A stretch of 49,577 bases of DNA, counting the filler, from Sphacelaria rigidula (Eukaryota): NCBI GenBank assembly GCA_964200075.2. It is 2 parts of 2 records of this genome, joined end to end, with 100 filler letters (N's around TTAATTAATTAA, not from the genome) between each part and the next. Parts side by side here need not be neighbours in the genome. Positions count along the whole stretch, not along the records: positions 24,861 to 49,577 come from CAXNAA020000192.1; 1 more part is not named here. One strand, written 5' to 3'. Position numbers and translations under genes: made by a program. Shown piece after piece: positions 36,901 through 47,559 of the stretch; the first letter of the stretch is position 1; each line of letters starts with the position of its first letter. The notes beneath the pieces are model-generated. The model searched no databases, was not told where the DNA came from, and saw nothing but the letters and a program-made list of their open reading frames with translations.

Positions 36901-39900
36901 TGAAAACCCCTCTCCACGTTGCTTTTTTTCATAATCGAGTGAGGTTTGCCCAAACATCCGATCAAGAAAAATTAGCGACCTCCGCCCCGTTCGTGGGGGT
37001 TCATGCCGCACAGTATCCATACAACAGCGTCTCCTGGTCGCGGAGTAACAGGGTATGTGGTCTCCTGGTCAAGGAGTTTCCAGCGCAATTTCATATCGAG
37101 ACTCTGAGGTCACTGATGAAAAGCCATAGGTATGACAGTACGGAAACGGTATCAGGGTTCGTCTACTGTGCAGTCCGAGCGCCCGATCATCACAGGTATT
37201 CATTTCGTCCTTGCATCACACGAGGGTCCTCCATGCAGATTTTCCATGTTACCGCCGTTACTCACGGCTGGTGCTTCTTCTGCTGAATTTTTCAGTTTTG
37301 GGACATTTGATACAATTTTTTGGCCAAACGGAAAATATCGTCATCACAGCACCTAGAAGAATCTGCAGTGATTTTTCCATTATTCCACATAGTTCTCACG
37401 CTTTTTCATGTCCACCTAAATTTATTCAGAAGCCATTTTCGAAAACCTCGAAGCCAAGCGATTCGGAACGGTGGTCTAAACTCCCCTCGGTGGGCTGACG
37501 CAAACTGTTCAAGATATGTGATGACGATATTTCCTGTTTTCGGGGCCAAGAACTGGATCAAATGCTCGTATCCCTTAGTGGAAAAATCCAACGTGAAACA
37601 AGAAAAAATTACAGACGGTCTGACGGAAGGAAAAGTGCCCCAAAACAACTCAAATTCATTTCCAAGACGAAAAAGATTGAAAAATCGACGATCCCAGACA
37701 AAAGTTCATGCTTTATTTTTTTAAGTAGTAAGTCGAAACAGAAGTTGTCTCAGCAAAAAACACCTCCCACCACCACTAACGCGTACCTCAGCTATTCTGT
37801 GTTGTAGGGTACACACCTCGCTACTCAGTACAACACCGACAGAAGTGAAAAAATGCCATCCATCCGATGGTGAAATATTTCAGGCTACGATATGGGTCTG
37901 GCAGCGGCGATCATGTGATCGCATACGCACATGACAGGACTAACATTTGACAACTCAGCGGACAGGCCTGTTGTCCAAGATGCCGCAATGCTCGACACAT
38001 ATTTCTTACTCGGGGAATTTCCCCAGAAGTTGGTCGAACAAAAATCAAGATATATTTTTGGCCAACAACAACAAAAAAGTGACCAAAATATGTCACGTTT
38101 GGGGGTGATTCTCGTTCGCCATAACAAGCGGCCGGAGGGATTACGGCCTCGTGTCTGGATAATCATGGTACTCATGTGCGACGCAAAAAATAGTGCCGAT
38201 TTCAGCATCGTTCTGGGTCCTCGTTCATCCGAATAACGCCTCACGTAGGCATTACGCGATTTGTCTTGAGAATAGGCCATGATCATTCTAGGGGGACTCC
38301 AGTGTCAACACCGATGTTCGACTCCTTGGGGGGGTTTCGACCCGTCCTTGATCCTTGACCGCTATTATAGTGTGATCGTGTGGGTCTTTGAGCAACTTTT
38401 AAAGCCGTATGATGCCGATTCGACAGTTTACCCAACACCCTGAATGCTACTCCTTTTTGGTATGCTGGTCCGGATCCCGAGCTAGCTCATCCGAGCCCTT
38501 TTTTTATATATTTGCTCCCTACAGCCCTGGCTGCCGACCACACAGAGTAGCGCAAAGGTGGCGCTTTGGCTTCTCGGAGACTGCTGTTACGTATTACGTG
38601 TTGTTGGACCACGGACCTGAGAGTCACCTTCAGTTAGATATTTTAGGAGGCTCATGAGCTTTCCGACGTGTGAAAATTCCACTGCCCAGACCCTTTTTCC
38701 AACATGAAAGATGCAATGTTTCCAGAACAAACCCCCTCGTCACGAACGGTCCTTATACTCGTAACCTTTCGTCAACGAGCACAGCACGCATTACTGCTCA
38801 CGTCGGCGGCGTCAATTTGAGCTCTTCCAACCCACACTTTGCCTGCGGTACCGTATTTTCCTACCTTCACCAGAGGATTGTCCGTGTGTTGATGGGGGGT
38901 AGGGATGGGGATTACGGCAGGATATTCGATGTTCTACAAGTGCGTCGATCATCAACTCTTTTGCCGACCGCGCGTATGCCCGCGTCGGATACCGACTCTC
39001 CCGCACCCCCCCGTCCAATCGAGACCTAAAATGATCGGGCACATTCTCTCCCACACCCCCCCCGTCCAATCGAGACCTGAAATGATCGGGCACATTCAGC
39101 TTTTGTCATGATTTTTTGGCGTGTCTTCATCTACCTCACACAAGGTTGCACGGTTAGGACGAATCATCACGACCAAGAATCACCAAATCCACGATTTCTT
39201 CGGCCTGATGAAATGACCGCTGGTCCAAGGGGGTATTCACGCAACTTTTGCGCCGTTCCACGTGCCTGGGCTGCGTGCACCTGGGTTGCAACGCTGAAAA
39301 CAAAGCCTAGGGATTGATTCGTACGAGTCGAATCAGCTATACTTAAACCATGAATTTTCATACGAATCATTATTTGTCCGACCCTTGCAAGGTTGCTACT
39401 GCGGTCGAACACGCGAGCAAGCGCCCAGGCCCGACAGGCCCCAACAGTCTGGCCTCGTCCCCGTTATATGCGGACCGTCTGAAATATAATATGCGGTTTG
39501 CTTCTACCGCGGCATATGCATGACTGCCTGACAGGAAATGAACCCCCCCCACCCTCAACCCCACCCCCCCGATATATACCATTTGTTTTCAGCCATGCGA
39601 GGCTGCGGATTCTCATATTCGACTCACTGGGCGGCGACGTTCATAAAGGCGTGTCTTCGCACATTTTGGATCGAAAAAGTGCGGTGGAACAGAAAAAAAA
39701 ACATCTGATGGGTTCACGTCGTTGATGTTCTACCCTGGCTTCAACTATTTTTCAACAAATATTCGCGTGTGGACGGAAGGGAAAATCTGCCAAAACATGC
39801 GTTTCTCTTTCGCCGGCGAAAGCTCCAGCATCTTTTGTAACGAAAGCTGCAGCATCTTTTGTTGTGGTGGGGGTCGGCGACGGAATTGTGTCGTTGGGTA

Positions 39901-42900
39901 GGCGATCAACTTGACAGTCGTGTGCTCTCTGTATCGTACCATCCTACTGATTGCACGAAACACACGAACACAGGGACCCTGTATGCGAATACTCAACATT
40001 ACAAACAGTAAAAAATTGTTCTGTCTGTACTGCTTGTAAGTGAGCACGTGCCGTTTCATGCATTTTACTGTTTTCTTTCGATCGAGAGCTTGCAAATTTG
40101 CTTTGACCCAACTCGCGCAAAACGAACGAATTCGCTGGACGTGATTCCACCGCACTCCATTTCCTTCGGAAAAAATGTGCAAGACACACCCCAAGATGAA
40201 CTCTACCAGGACTACAGCAAATACGTGAAGAAGTAATTTGGTTCACCTATGCGAATAAGCCACGGGGTCGACACCACACGAATAAGTCAGGCGGTCGAGG
40301 GCGACGAGACTACACCGTACCTCGCCAATGAGGGTGGTGCTCTACGGTGGATTTCAAAGATACAGTCGTGGCTATCGGTGTTGGAGGGACACCACGTGGT
40401 ACTTCTATTAGATGGGATTCGGGGAAGACGATTCGAAATGAAGTTCATATTGGGATGGAGTCAATGAACTCACAAGGGGCAGGCAATCAAAGGAGGGTGT
40501 ACATAGTATGTGTACAACACAGCGACGGTGGCACACCGAACAAAACAAATGTGTGAAGAAAAAACTCCGTCTGGAACGATCTACGAGCACGAATGACAGG
40601 ATTGTTAGCCTGAGTGAGCTTCGCATGATTACCGCAGGAGCGTTCGTTGACGAACACCGCGTCATGGACTGGAGACTTTCTCACTGATAATGTGGAGTGC
40701 CTAGACAATGACACACTTTGCGGTATGCGCATGTTTCTGGTAGCCGTCACCAAGTTACGGGTGAACGTATCATTGATACTGTGTGGGTATCATGTGGTGT
40801 AGGACCAACACTTGATACATTCTAAAAGTCATGAGGGGGGGGGGGGGGGAAGTATGGAAAAAACGAAAGGTATGTGTGTTTCGAGGGAGAAAAAAAAGCT
40901 AACGCTAGTCGCTAGTCAGCACATTTATCCGCACAAAGGAAGACGATCTGCCTTCCATGAGTGAGATGTTTTCAAAACTACGAGATGATCGAGTGGGGTG
41001 ATGCAGTAATCTCTGCGAGTTTTGTTGCTCAACCCGTTCACACCTGCACAGCTTCCCCGCAAGACGATTACTTGCCCTCCACACACTCATGAGATATTTC
41101 CACATGTACGATGACTTGCCCTCCACACACGGATCATATATTTCCACATGTACCTGTAGCCGTGGACGGCTCAGCAGCTCTGGGGCTTGAGCGAAGTATG
41201 CTCGCAGGGTAAAGAGAAGAAGAGCGGAAAAAGCAGTGGCCGTAGCGACCGTCTGCAAAATATGTGGCCAACGTCATGCCTACATACACGTGGTACGGAA
41301 AAGTATCGGGCGAGCAAACCGCTACCCCGTGCAATAATTTACTATTATCCGATGCATCTTTCATCGTCGAGCTGTGGTCAAGTGCGGAAACAACAGCCCA
41401 GTGATGCAAAAATATGATCTGAGCGTTCGGTAAATGGGTAGAATCTACTGTACTACCAGATAAAACAGAAATACTTCTGTATCTGGTACTGACTGTGTGT
41501 ATCTGTGCGTATGAACCGACCTGCCAAAAGGCGCTGAGAGCTCCTTTGCTCTTGTTTTCGTGACGACCTCGGAGGACCACATCGGGCCGCACTTTCCACT
41601 TCATGAACAGCTCGGAAATACGTTGGACAAACGTGTCTCCATCACCACCCGAGTTCCCGTTCACCACGTTTGGATTCCGCACGGCACCACCCCCGCCGTC
41701 TCCCGAGGTCCCCCCCCCCCCTCGCCCCGTGCCCATGCTTCCGCTCCTTGACGACAGCCTCATCATGCCAAGAGAAGAAGCAGCACTATTTTTTGCCTTG
41801 CTCTGCCGTGATGAAATTCCAGCTAGTACAAGGTTTTCCCAGGGCGAGGAGAACGAAACAATTGAGAAAGAGTATGGGTAGAGGCCGGTCTCAATACAGG
41901 ATCTCGCTGTCTAGTCCTTTGCTGACCGCAACGCGAACTGCTTACGTTGCGCAGAGAACGGAGTATAATCTGCGGTGCGTGTGACCTGACGGGTGAGAAG
42001 AACATTCGTGCGGATTTGGGGCGGACACACAAGGGCTCATGTCGGGGGACGCGGTGCGGGCAAACCAGTGTTTGTTTTACCAGGTTCCTTCAGCATAAAT
42101 GGTTGAAGTGATCTTCAATTACGTCATACGGTGCCCACGTGGACATGGCACGGCAACACAAGTATGAGACAAGAGCTGGTGTTAGGTGGTCAGAAGTTAC
42201 TAGGAGCCCAATCGCAGCCTTGCGTCTTGACCCACGATTTTACTCACAGTTGTTTTTGCCTCACATCAATTTAACTTGTTTTCCCCCTTTCTTTCTCCAA
42301 CTCTCATGTTCCCTCTCAAATTCTGCTGCAAGTCTGAAGCAGGAGCGGTTTGAGTGCAATTCATTCGCCTGAAGTAATGGCTGTACACCAATGTTTGTTG
42401 GGTTCAAAAAACAAAATGAGCGGCGGAGCAACTAAATGGTTCTGCAGGGGGTAGGATGATGATGGTGTGACCCAGCTCGCTTCAGGTAAGTTTTTGTTCC
42501 AGATGTATCGGTTCTCTACTAGGTTCACCATCCGACTGATGGATATGTGTTGCAGACATAAATCGGGGGGAAGAGGGACATCCGGGTTGCACCTGTTGCA
42601 ACAAGTGAGTGCGAATTTCCCCGCGGAATTTTCTCCGCACGCGGAACTGCACGGAAACAAAGCGCTGTCTCAGCCCATGACCCACGGTCAGTGCTATAGC
42701 GTGAGCATCGCAAAACCTGCCGTGTGTCATTTTTTAGCCCTCTGTGTGATACTCCTGCATTGTTTCATCTGAATGCATGAGTATCAGGTATACTCGAAAG
42801 CTAGCGCCAAGAGTGGGCTTGTATTTATTGAACAATAAATACGATCTGCACGTGCTGACTGTACTGTAACGTTGTGCGGTTTCGTACAAAAAATAAATGT

Positions 42901-45900
42901 ATTTTGACAACCGGCTAAACCCCCGAATACGATCAAGAACTGTGGGCGGATCACGACGTTTTGTGCAAGGTAGGGGGGTGGGAGAAGGGGGGCGAGGGGG
43001 GTTACAAACACATTTCGGGGCAAAAGAAAGTTAATCCATCCAGCCGTCCGTTAGACCTTAGGAAGCGAGAGGAGGTCATCTGTTGAATCTCCATCAAAAC
43101 CACTTGAGAAGGGTATGGATGATCCAGATGGACCATGCCCCCGCTATCTTAGGCTTAGCGTTTGGCCGCAAGTGCAGGCCACCTGTTTGATCGGCATTGA
43201 TGAAAAGATGGAGCATGATCCAGACGACCCACACTCGTGGTCAACGGATCGTGTCTTGTTCCATTCGATGCGCAGAACCTGTGGACAACCCCCTCCCACC
43301 TCCAGTACAAGCATGTCAAAATGATTCACGTATGTTGTTCACGTAGGGCATGAGCTCGGAAGAATGACGCACACGACATCCACCTAACTATACTACCACG
43401 TCGACAGCCCTCGAAGCACCCGTTTTTGCGCTGATGGAGAGGGTATCTTCGATCAAAGAAACAAAAGTAGGGGGGCTGAACGCAAGTCTGCCTCCAAATG
43501 TACACTTCGTACAACCCAGAGCTTGAAACATCTACATGTACCATCACGAATTTTAAATGCACGGAGCTCCTGTACTCGCGAAAACATACGGGAAAGTTAG
43601 AAACAGGCGTAAATACATGGGCATCCTCAACAGTATGATGCGCTACAAACCCGGTAACAAGAAGTAGCCTACTACTATGAGACCATTCATGCCATGCAGT
43701 TCTTGACCCCATGTAGTGATCCTTGGTAAACTCGGCAGCGAACTCTATAAACTGAAAATAAACAAGTACTCAACGTCAACAGGTGAGGAGGCCATGATTT
43801 GCGACATGTCTCGGCTCCAAGTCCCTGAGTGGCCGGGCATAAAAAAATGCGGTGGTCACCCATCGAGATATTCGACAGTACAAAACACTAAAGCCAGTGA
43901 GGTTTTCACGGAGGAGACAAATACATCGAAAACGCGCTCTAATGTGCACCATGTACTACCGGCGCACTTCCCACGGGTATGATGATGAAACCTTCAACTC
44001 CCCACGAGAACATACAACACCACGAAGACAGCATTAAAGACGTATCCGCATGTTCGGGTGAGTTTTCAGAAACACTTGAACAGCATGCACGGCTGTCTGT
44101 AGAAAGTACGGTACAGAACAGCCCAGTTCACCACACGCATCTGCGTGCCCAGAGGGGTTCTTCTACTCGCCGCCGTCTATTTCCCAACCTATGTTACCGA
44201 CGATACTTTTGGTTCCATCTCATTACCGTGGATGTGAAAATTGAATTGGAACAGGATATGGAACAGATTGGTTCTCGAGGCGTTCGATCCCGTCGTCAGG
44301 TTTCTTACGCACCCGACCTGTAAATAGGGCGCACCTACGTTGATGCCATTGAATTGCGTCACGGTACATTCTGTGCCTTTGCTATTGATGAATACAGCAT
44401 ACGAAGCGGTCCGACCACATGTACGTATGGTAGCGGCATCACATTTTTCAATGTCCGACGTGATGAAATCGCTTTTCGCTGTGCAGTACAGTACTGATTG
44501 TAATATAACGTCTGCATTTATTGAATTGCACCCCATATTTGAATTGGAAATCGTAATATCCAAGACAAACTCAAAAGCCGTCACGGGCGCAAGCGCCCAG
44601 AGGGAATCGAGGGAGGGAGGTGTCAAGGTGCGTGCAGCCTGAAACAGCTCATGTGATCGTACTCGTTTCAAAAGTTACGAAAGAACTTTGCCTAAATATG
44701 CACGGTGAAACGGTAACGACAGAATATGCCGCAGTAACATACGGAAAAAATGATACGCTAGTTGTGGAGGCCCGGTAATCGGTCGGAAACTGTTCTGGTA
44801 CGAAAGGCATGATGAGAAACAACGCGCACGTTTTAGAACACAGTGCCAGAGACCACCATACAACGCGCCACGCCTCCCGCGGAGAGCACGTGCAGCACGA
44901 TTTGTTGTGTAGCAACCAATCTCCCTTTTGGTCATTCTTAAACATGAAGGTTCTTGTGCTGTGTAAGTGAAGTACTGTGTCTGGCATCTGTATTTCCTAT
45001 AGTTTGACAGAAGGGATGAACAGCCTGACTATGCGTTCTCATTGGCTTCATGTCTAGTTTGATTGATTTTCGTACAGACCCTCTCGATGCTGCTGAGTGC
45101 CTAGAGCTACGCGAGTTATTGCCGCAAGAAACTGGAGACACAACGAAGGCTTTGTATTATACATGAAATATTTTTCAGTTGCATGCAGTTATATCGGGGT
45201 ATCGATTGAAATGTAACATGTGTTCAAATGGAGTCTAGCGAACATACTGTAGTGTCCATCATCTATACTGTGTATTTTCTTATCGAAGAGCATGTACTTG
45301 ATCAGAAACGCTTTCGGTCGCAGCTTAATGATCAAGTGCATGACCAACTCAAGTATAAAACAGCACCCTGCCAAATGTGACCACCCATCGAACAACAAGA
45401 CCGTACTCTGGATGTCCAGTCTGGAGATAGCTGACAGGCTGCTCAAGTAGTAAGAACTCGCAGTCACGCGGGCAAATAAGGAACACCGCAAAATCACATG
45501 ACCAAAACAACCTCAGTACAGAACGATGGGGCACAGTAATTAGGGAGTTTTACATACATCATGAACGATGCCAGCCACGCCAGCAAACATATATTGTATA
45601 CCCAACACCACAACTGCAAACGGGTCTGTCGACCGCGGACAGGGCATAGCTGTCTCTCTCTCATGGAATGTAAGATTTGTAAAGAGTAAACCGCCCTACA
45701 TTGAACCTAGCAGTCCTGAAAGTTTTGCCACCACGCCCGACCTACTAAAAATCAAGTAGAAACTGCACCGTGATGCCATCCAACACAGGCCTGCATGACG
45801 TAACTCACTGGCACATGAAATCCACACCACGAAGTCGAAATGCGCCAACCAGAAATGCTCTGCAAGCCGTGCTGTGTGCGAATGGGCGAGGACAAAGCAA

Positions 45901-46358
45901 CGCAGTCATATCCCGTGCCCGACAGAGCCGCATTACGATATGGTCACTTCTCCCAATTGATACCAACATAAATCCCAAGCTTCCCCAGCATTCATGCTGC
46001 CGTCTGTACGTGAGAAAAGTGCTCCTCTAGTTTGCGTCCACCCGTGAAAATTGTATGGCACCACCGATGTGCGTTGCGCGAAAGGTTCAAAGCTCATCTC
46101 ACATACCCTGTCGAGGTTCAGTACTGTACCATGCTGCACTACAGCTGTAAGTGCGAAACATCCGATAAAAATGGAGCCTCAAGCCCCCACCTATAGTCAA
46201 ACTATACTGCGTAACGGCTGGCTGACTCACCTGTGTGACGACCCCTCCAGGTGGGCGGGAGGGGAACGGGGGTCGTGCACGGGCCCTGTCCAGTTCGCAG
46301 CGGTCGGCGGCACCTCCGATGGTTCTTTCGTGGCGGAGCCACAAAAGCGCCCCGTGCT
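23886..46358 (-). CDS. Large multi-exon gene, uncharacterised protein (partial model; may extend to ~48.7 kb or beyond)
   Basis: Many AG/GT-bounded stop-free minus-strand segments. Phase-compatible chains: 46358-46231>45695-45558; 43569-43384>42592-42369>41822-41521>41153-41044>40404-40321; 36077-35950>34996-34795; 26860-26712>26454-26253>24509-24288>24020-23886. Other exon-like blocks: 44638-44318, 33880-33690, 33468-33258, 30240-30073. I could not link all chains, so more than one gene is possible. No family recognised. Confidence 0.6.
24288..24509 (-). CDS. Minus-gene exon (QQTDEGKPFPDL...FLTKLRLHYRRTPAVKL)
   Basis: ctacag| ... ctc|gtacgt, phase 0-0; if unspliced the frame reads to a stop at 24201. 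Confidence 0.55.
24761..24860. other. Assembly gap (44 N + TTAATTAATTAA linker + 44 N), followed by a poly-G run to ~24920
   Basis: Directly visible; the linker has stops in all six frames, typical of an artificial scaffold spacer. Confidence 0.97.
25640..26188 (+). mobile_element. 5'-truncated non-LTR retrotransposon (LINE-like) ORF2 C-terminal relic
   Basis: LHGPMEAAKKLKLRFR*GGLDLPE..NCPYGEAIESTTH..(frameshift)..ESEIYKEERDML..WPQTAKQ..SRNGAPSREGCVVN..KASNK*. Decayed C-x-C..H..C knuckle typical of LINE ORF2 ends; resembles, from memory, an abundant brown-algal retroelement tail. Confidence 0.72.
26253..26454 (-). CDS. Minus-gene exon (MTESHYLPDD...YFLVGVYEDPADR...ALPVK)
   Basis: ctgcag| ... 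aag|gtactt; phase 2 matches the upstream exon. Confidence 0.8.
26712..26860 (-). CDS. Minus-gene exon (VKGCTTLIPPLEVLLLSE...FDLLCRLM)
   Basis: Pyrimidine-rich gtgcag| ... ag|gtgagg. Confidence 0.8.
28068..28355. mobile_element. Putative MITE with TA-flanked short TIRs carrying telomere-like TTAGGG repeats
   Basis: tacggcacgt (28068-28077) and acgtgccgta (28346-28355) are perfect reverse complements; (TTAGGG)3 plus variants at 28211-28273. Confidence 0.55.
30073..30240 (-). CDS. Minus-gene exon (VKPPKDRLIKDFTLNWRP...KKFLYRQ)
   Basis: Strong (CT)n tract plus gacag| ... cag|gtctgc; 56 codons. Confidence 0.82.
30650..30800. repeat. Repeat family A core copy in a minus-gene intron
   Basis: cggcgcttcgcgcttggtgat...cgtgctccgtcccggcttcgtagggatgcgag...atcatgagtacagccccc. 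Confidence 0.9.
33258..33468 (-). CDS. Minus-gene Gly/Ser-rich exon
   Basis: ttttctcccaatgcaag| ... ag|gtatgt; one frame open throughout, but its phase does not match my nearest upstream candidate. Confidence 0.55.
33690..33880 (-). CDS. Minus-gene exon (VDTEFGQWLKRG...AIELVLHHCLPKQLLYS)
   Basis: tttttcag| acceptor; donor uncertain (ag|gcacgt). Confidence 0.65.
34795..34996 (-). CDS. Minus-gene exon with polyQ (YIWETRIRDNSHLGVVTV...QQQQQQQQYAMNSQKLQ)
   Basis: atgcag| ... cag|gtaacg; phase 2 in. Confidence 0.78.
35950..36077 (-). CDS. Minus-gene exon (DYKKVRVDWRARAGMRRDHFELALHHYMR...)
   Basis: ttttttttctcaccttgctgctag| ... cg|gtaagg. Confidence 0.78.
37300..37576. repeat. Imperfect inverted repeat (foldback/MITE-like)
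   Basis: catttgatacaattttttggccaaacggaaaatatcgtcatcaca pairs with tgtgatgacgatatttcctgttttcggggccaagaactggatcaaatg. Confidence 0.7.
38996..39096. repeat. Tandem duplication, 2 x ~50 bp
   Basis: ctctccc.cacccccccgtccaatcgagacct.aaatgatcgggcacatt twice. Confidence 0.9.
41044..41153 (-). CDS. Minus-gene exon (VHVEIYDPCVEGKSSYMWKYLMSVWR...)
   Basis: ctacag| ... ag|gtgtga; phase 0 in matches the 41521 donor. Confidence 0.55.
41521..41822 (-). CDS. Minus-gene exon (Gly-rich linker + FVQRISELFMKWKVRPDVVLRG...AFWQ)
   Basis: gtactag| ... cag|gtcggt; open frame. Confidence 0.75.
43384..43569 (-). CDS. Minus-gene exon (SSVHLKFVMVHVDVSSSGLYEVYIWRQ...)
   Basis: gtacag| ... ag|gtggat; phase 2 matches the next exon at 42592. 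Confidence 0.6.
44318..44638 (-). CDS. Minus-gene exon (AARTLTPPSLDSLWALAPVTAFEFVLDIT...APYLQ)
   Basis: tttcag| ... cag|gtcggg; 107 codons, phase 0-0. Confidence 0.65.
45558..45695 (-). CDS. Minus-gene exon (GGLLFTNLTFHERE...GVAGIVHD)
   Basis: atgtag| ... gat|gtatgt; 46 codons. Confidence 0.5.
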
Positions 46359-47494
46359 CTGTAATGGCAGTATGAACTTGTGGTTAGACAACAATAGGTG
46401 TACCACACAAGCAGACGGATCGCACTGCAACGCAGTATAACCACGGTACAGCACGGTATACGGTTAGCGTACGGCTTCGCCGCTTAGCTATATATTACCC
46501 TATCAACACTTGGCCTAATCCGTTTGCCACTGCTGTGTCGTGCGGTGCCACCTGTGGAATAGGGAATCGCGCAGGGGAACACCACACTTTTTTTCCGCCT
46601 CTGTTGCCGGCTTGTCAGCAGCCAGTGCGCCAGCCAATTTTCTTGTGTTGCCCCTTCTCGAGATTTACCGCCCATGTATTTTTACCGGTTCTTTTCGCCT
46701 CTTCATACCTGTAGTAGTTTTTTTTTTTTGCGACCCCTACTTTCCCCTCTACAAGAAGTCTACTATAGTCACAACATGAGGTGTTTACATTTGTTCTGTG
46801 ATTCCTCAACCATCGTTGGATAATGAAACCCTACCCGCGCAAAGGACGACAGCAGTTTGCAACGAAGAGACCGGAGGGATCCAAAATAAACGCTCATCAT
46901 TGGATAGACTTCACACATACATGCAAAAATTTCCCTCCGCTGACACACATCGATCTATCTCTGTCGTTGATCATGCTAAACTATCAAGCTCGTGGCCTTA
47001 GCACTCGTGCCAGTTTTTATCGATCATCAGTCGTCAGCGCAACGAAAAACAGAGCTTCAACTTTGCAGCATGTTAAAAGACAAAGAGTCACGCCGAGTGT
47101 GATGTGGCACCAAGAGCACCCACATTTTCCAAACGATACCTTGCTTCGGGGCGGGCAAGTCGGGGCAAGATGTGGTTGAACTCATGCATACACTTGGAAA
47201 AACAAATAACACGACACAATATGCATCGAGAGGTATAGCCCGTGGGAGCTCAGCGAGCTTGTATGCACAGCGGATGAGGTCCGCTGCGCGGGTGGGCAGC
47301 TTCATTCGCGTGTGCAGTACGCCAACGGCGAGGCACGCACACGGTGTGCACAGCTAAAGAAGCAGGTTTCCATTCTCCATGGTTGTCTCGATGTGGTGTA
47401 TCTGCGTGTAGATCCAAGTGCTCGACCATCGTGCTACCCGACCTTCCTTGGTAACGGTCTGGAATGGTTACTGTCACCAGAAAGTACGTACTGC

Positions 47495-47515
47495 GGCAGC
47501 AGCATTAGTAGCAGC

Positions 47516-47558
<43 letters not shown>
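47495..47558. repeat. (CAG/AGC)n microsatellite
   Basis: Directly visible. Confidence 0.95.

Positions 47559-47559
<1 letters not shown>

Noticed and set aside
39590..39725. ILIFDSLGG peptide resembling a Ulp1 protease motif
   Set aside because: Too short; no catalytic His or Cys motifs found nearby.
43384..45695. Fleeting resemblance of minus-gene exons to Rap-GAP or ACT/CASTOR domains
   Set aside because: Diagnostic motifs (e.g. KRHIGND) were not found in adjacent exons.
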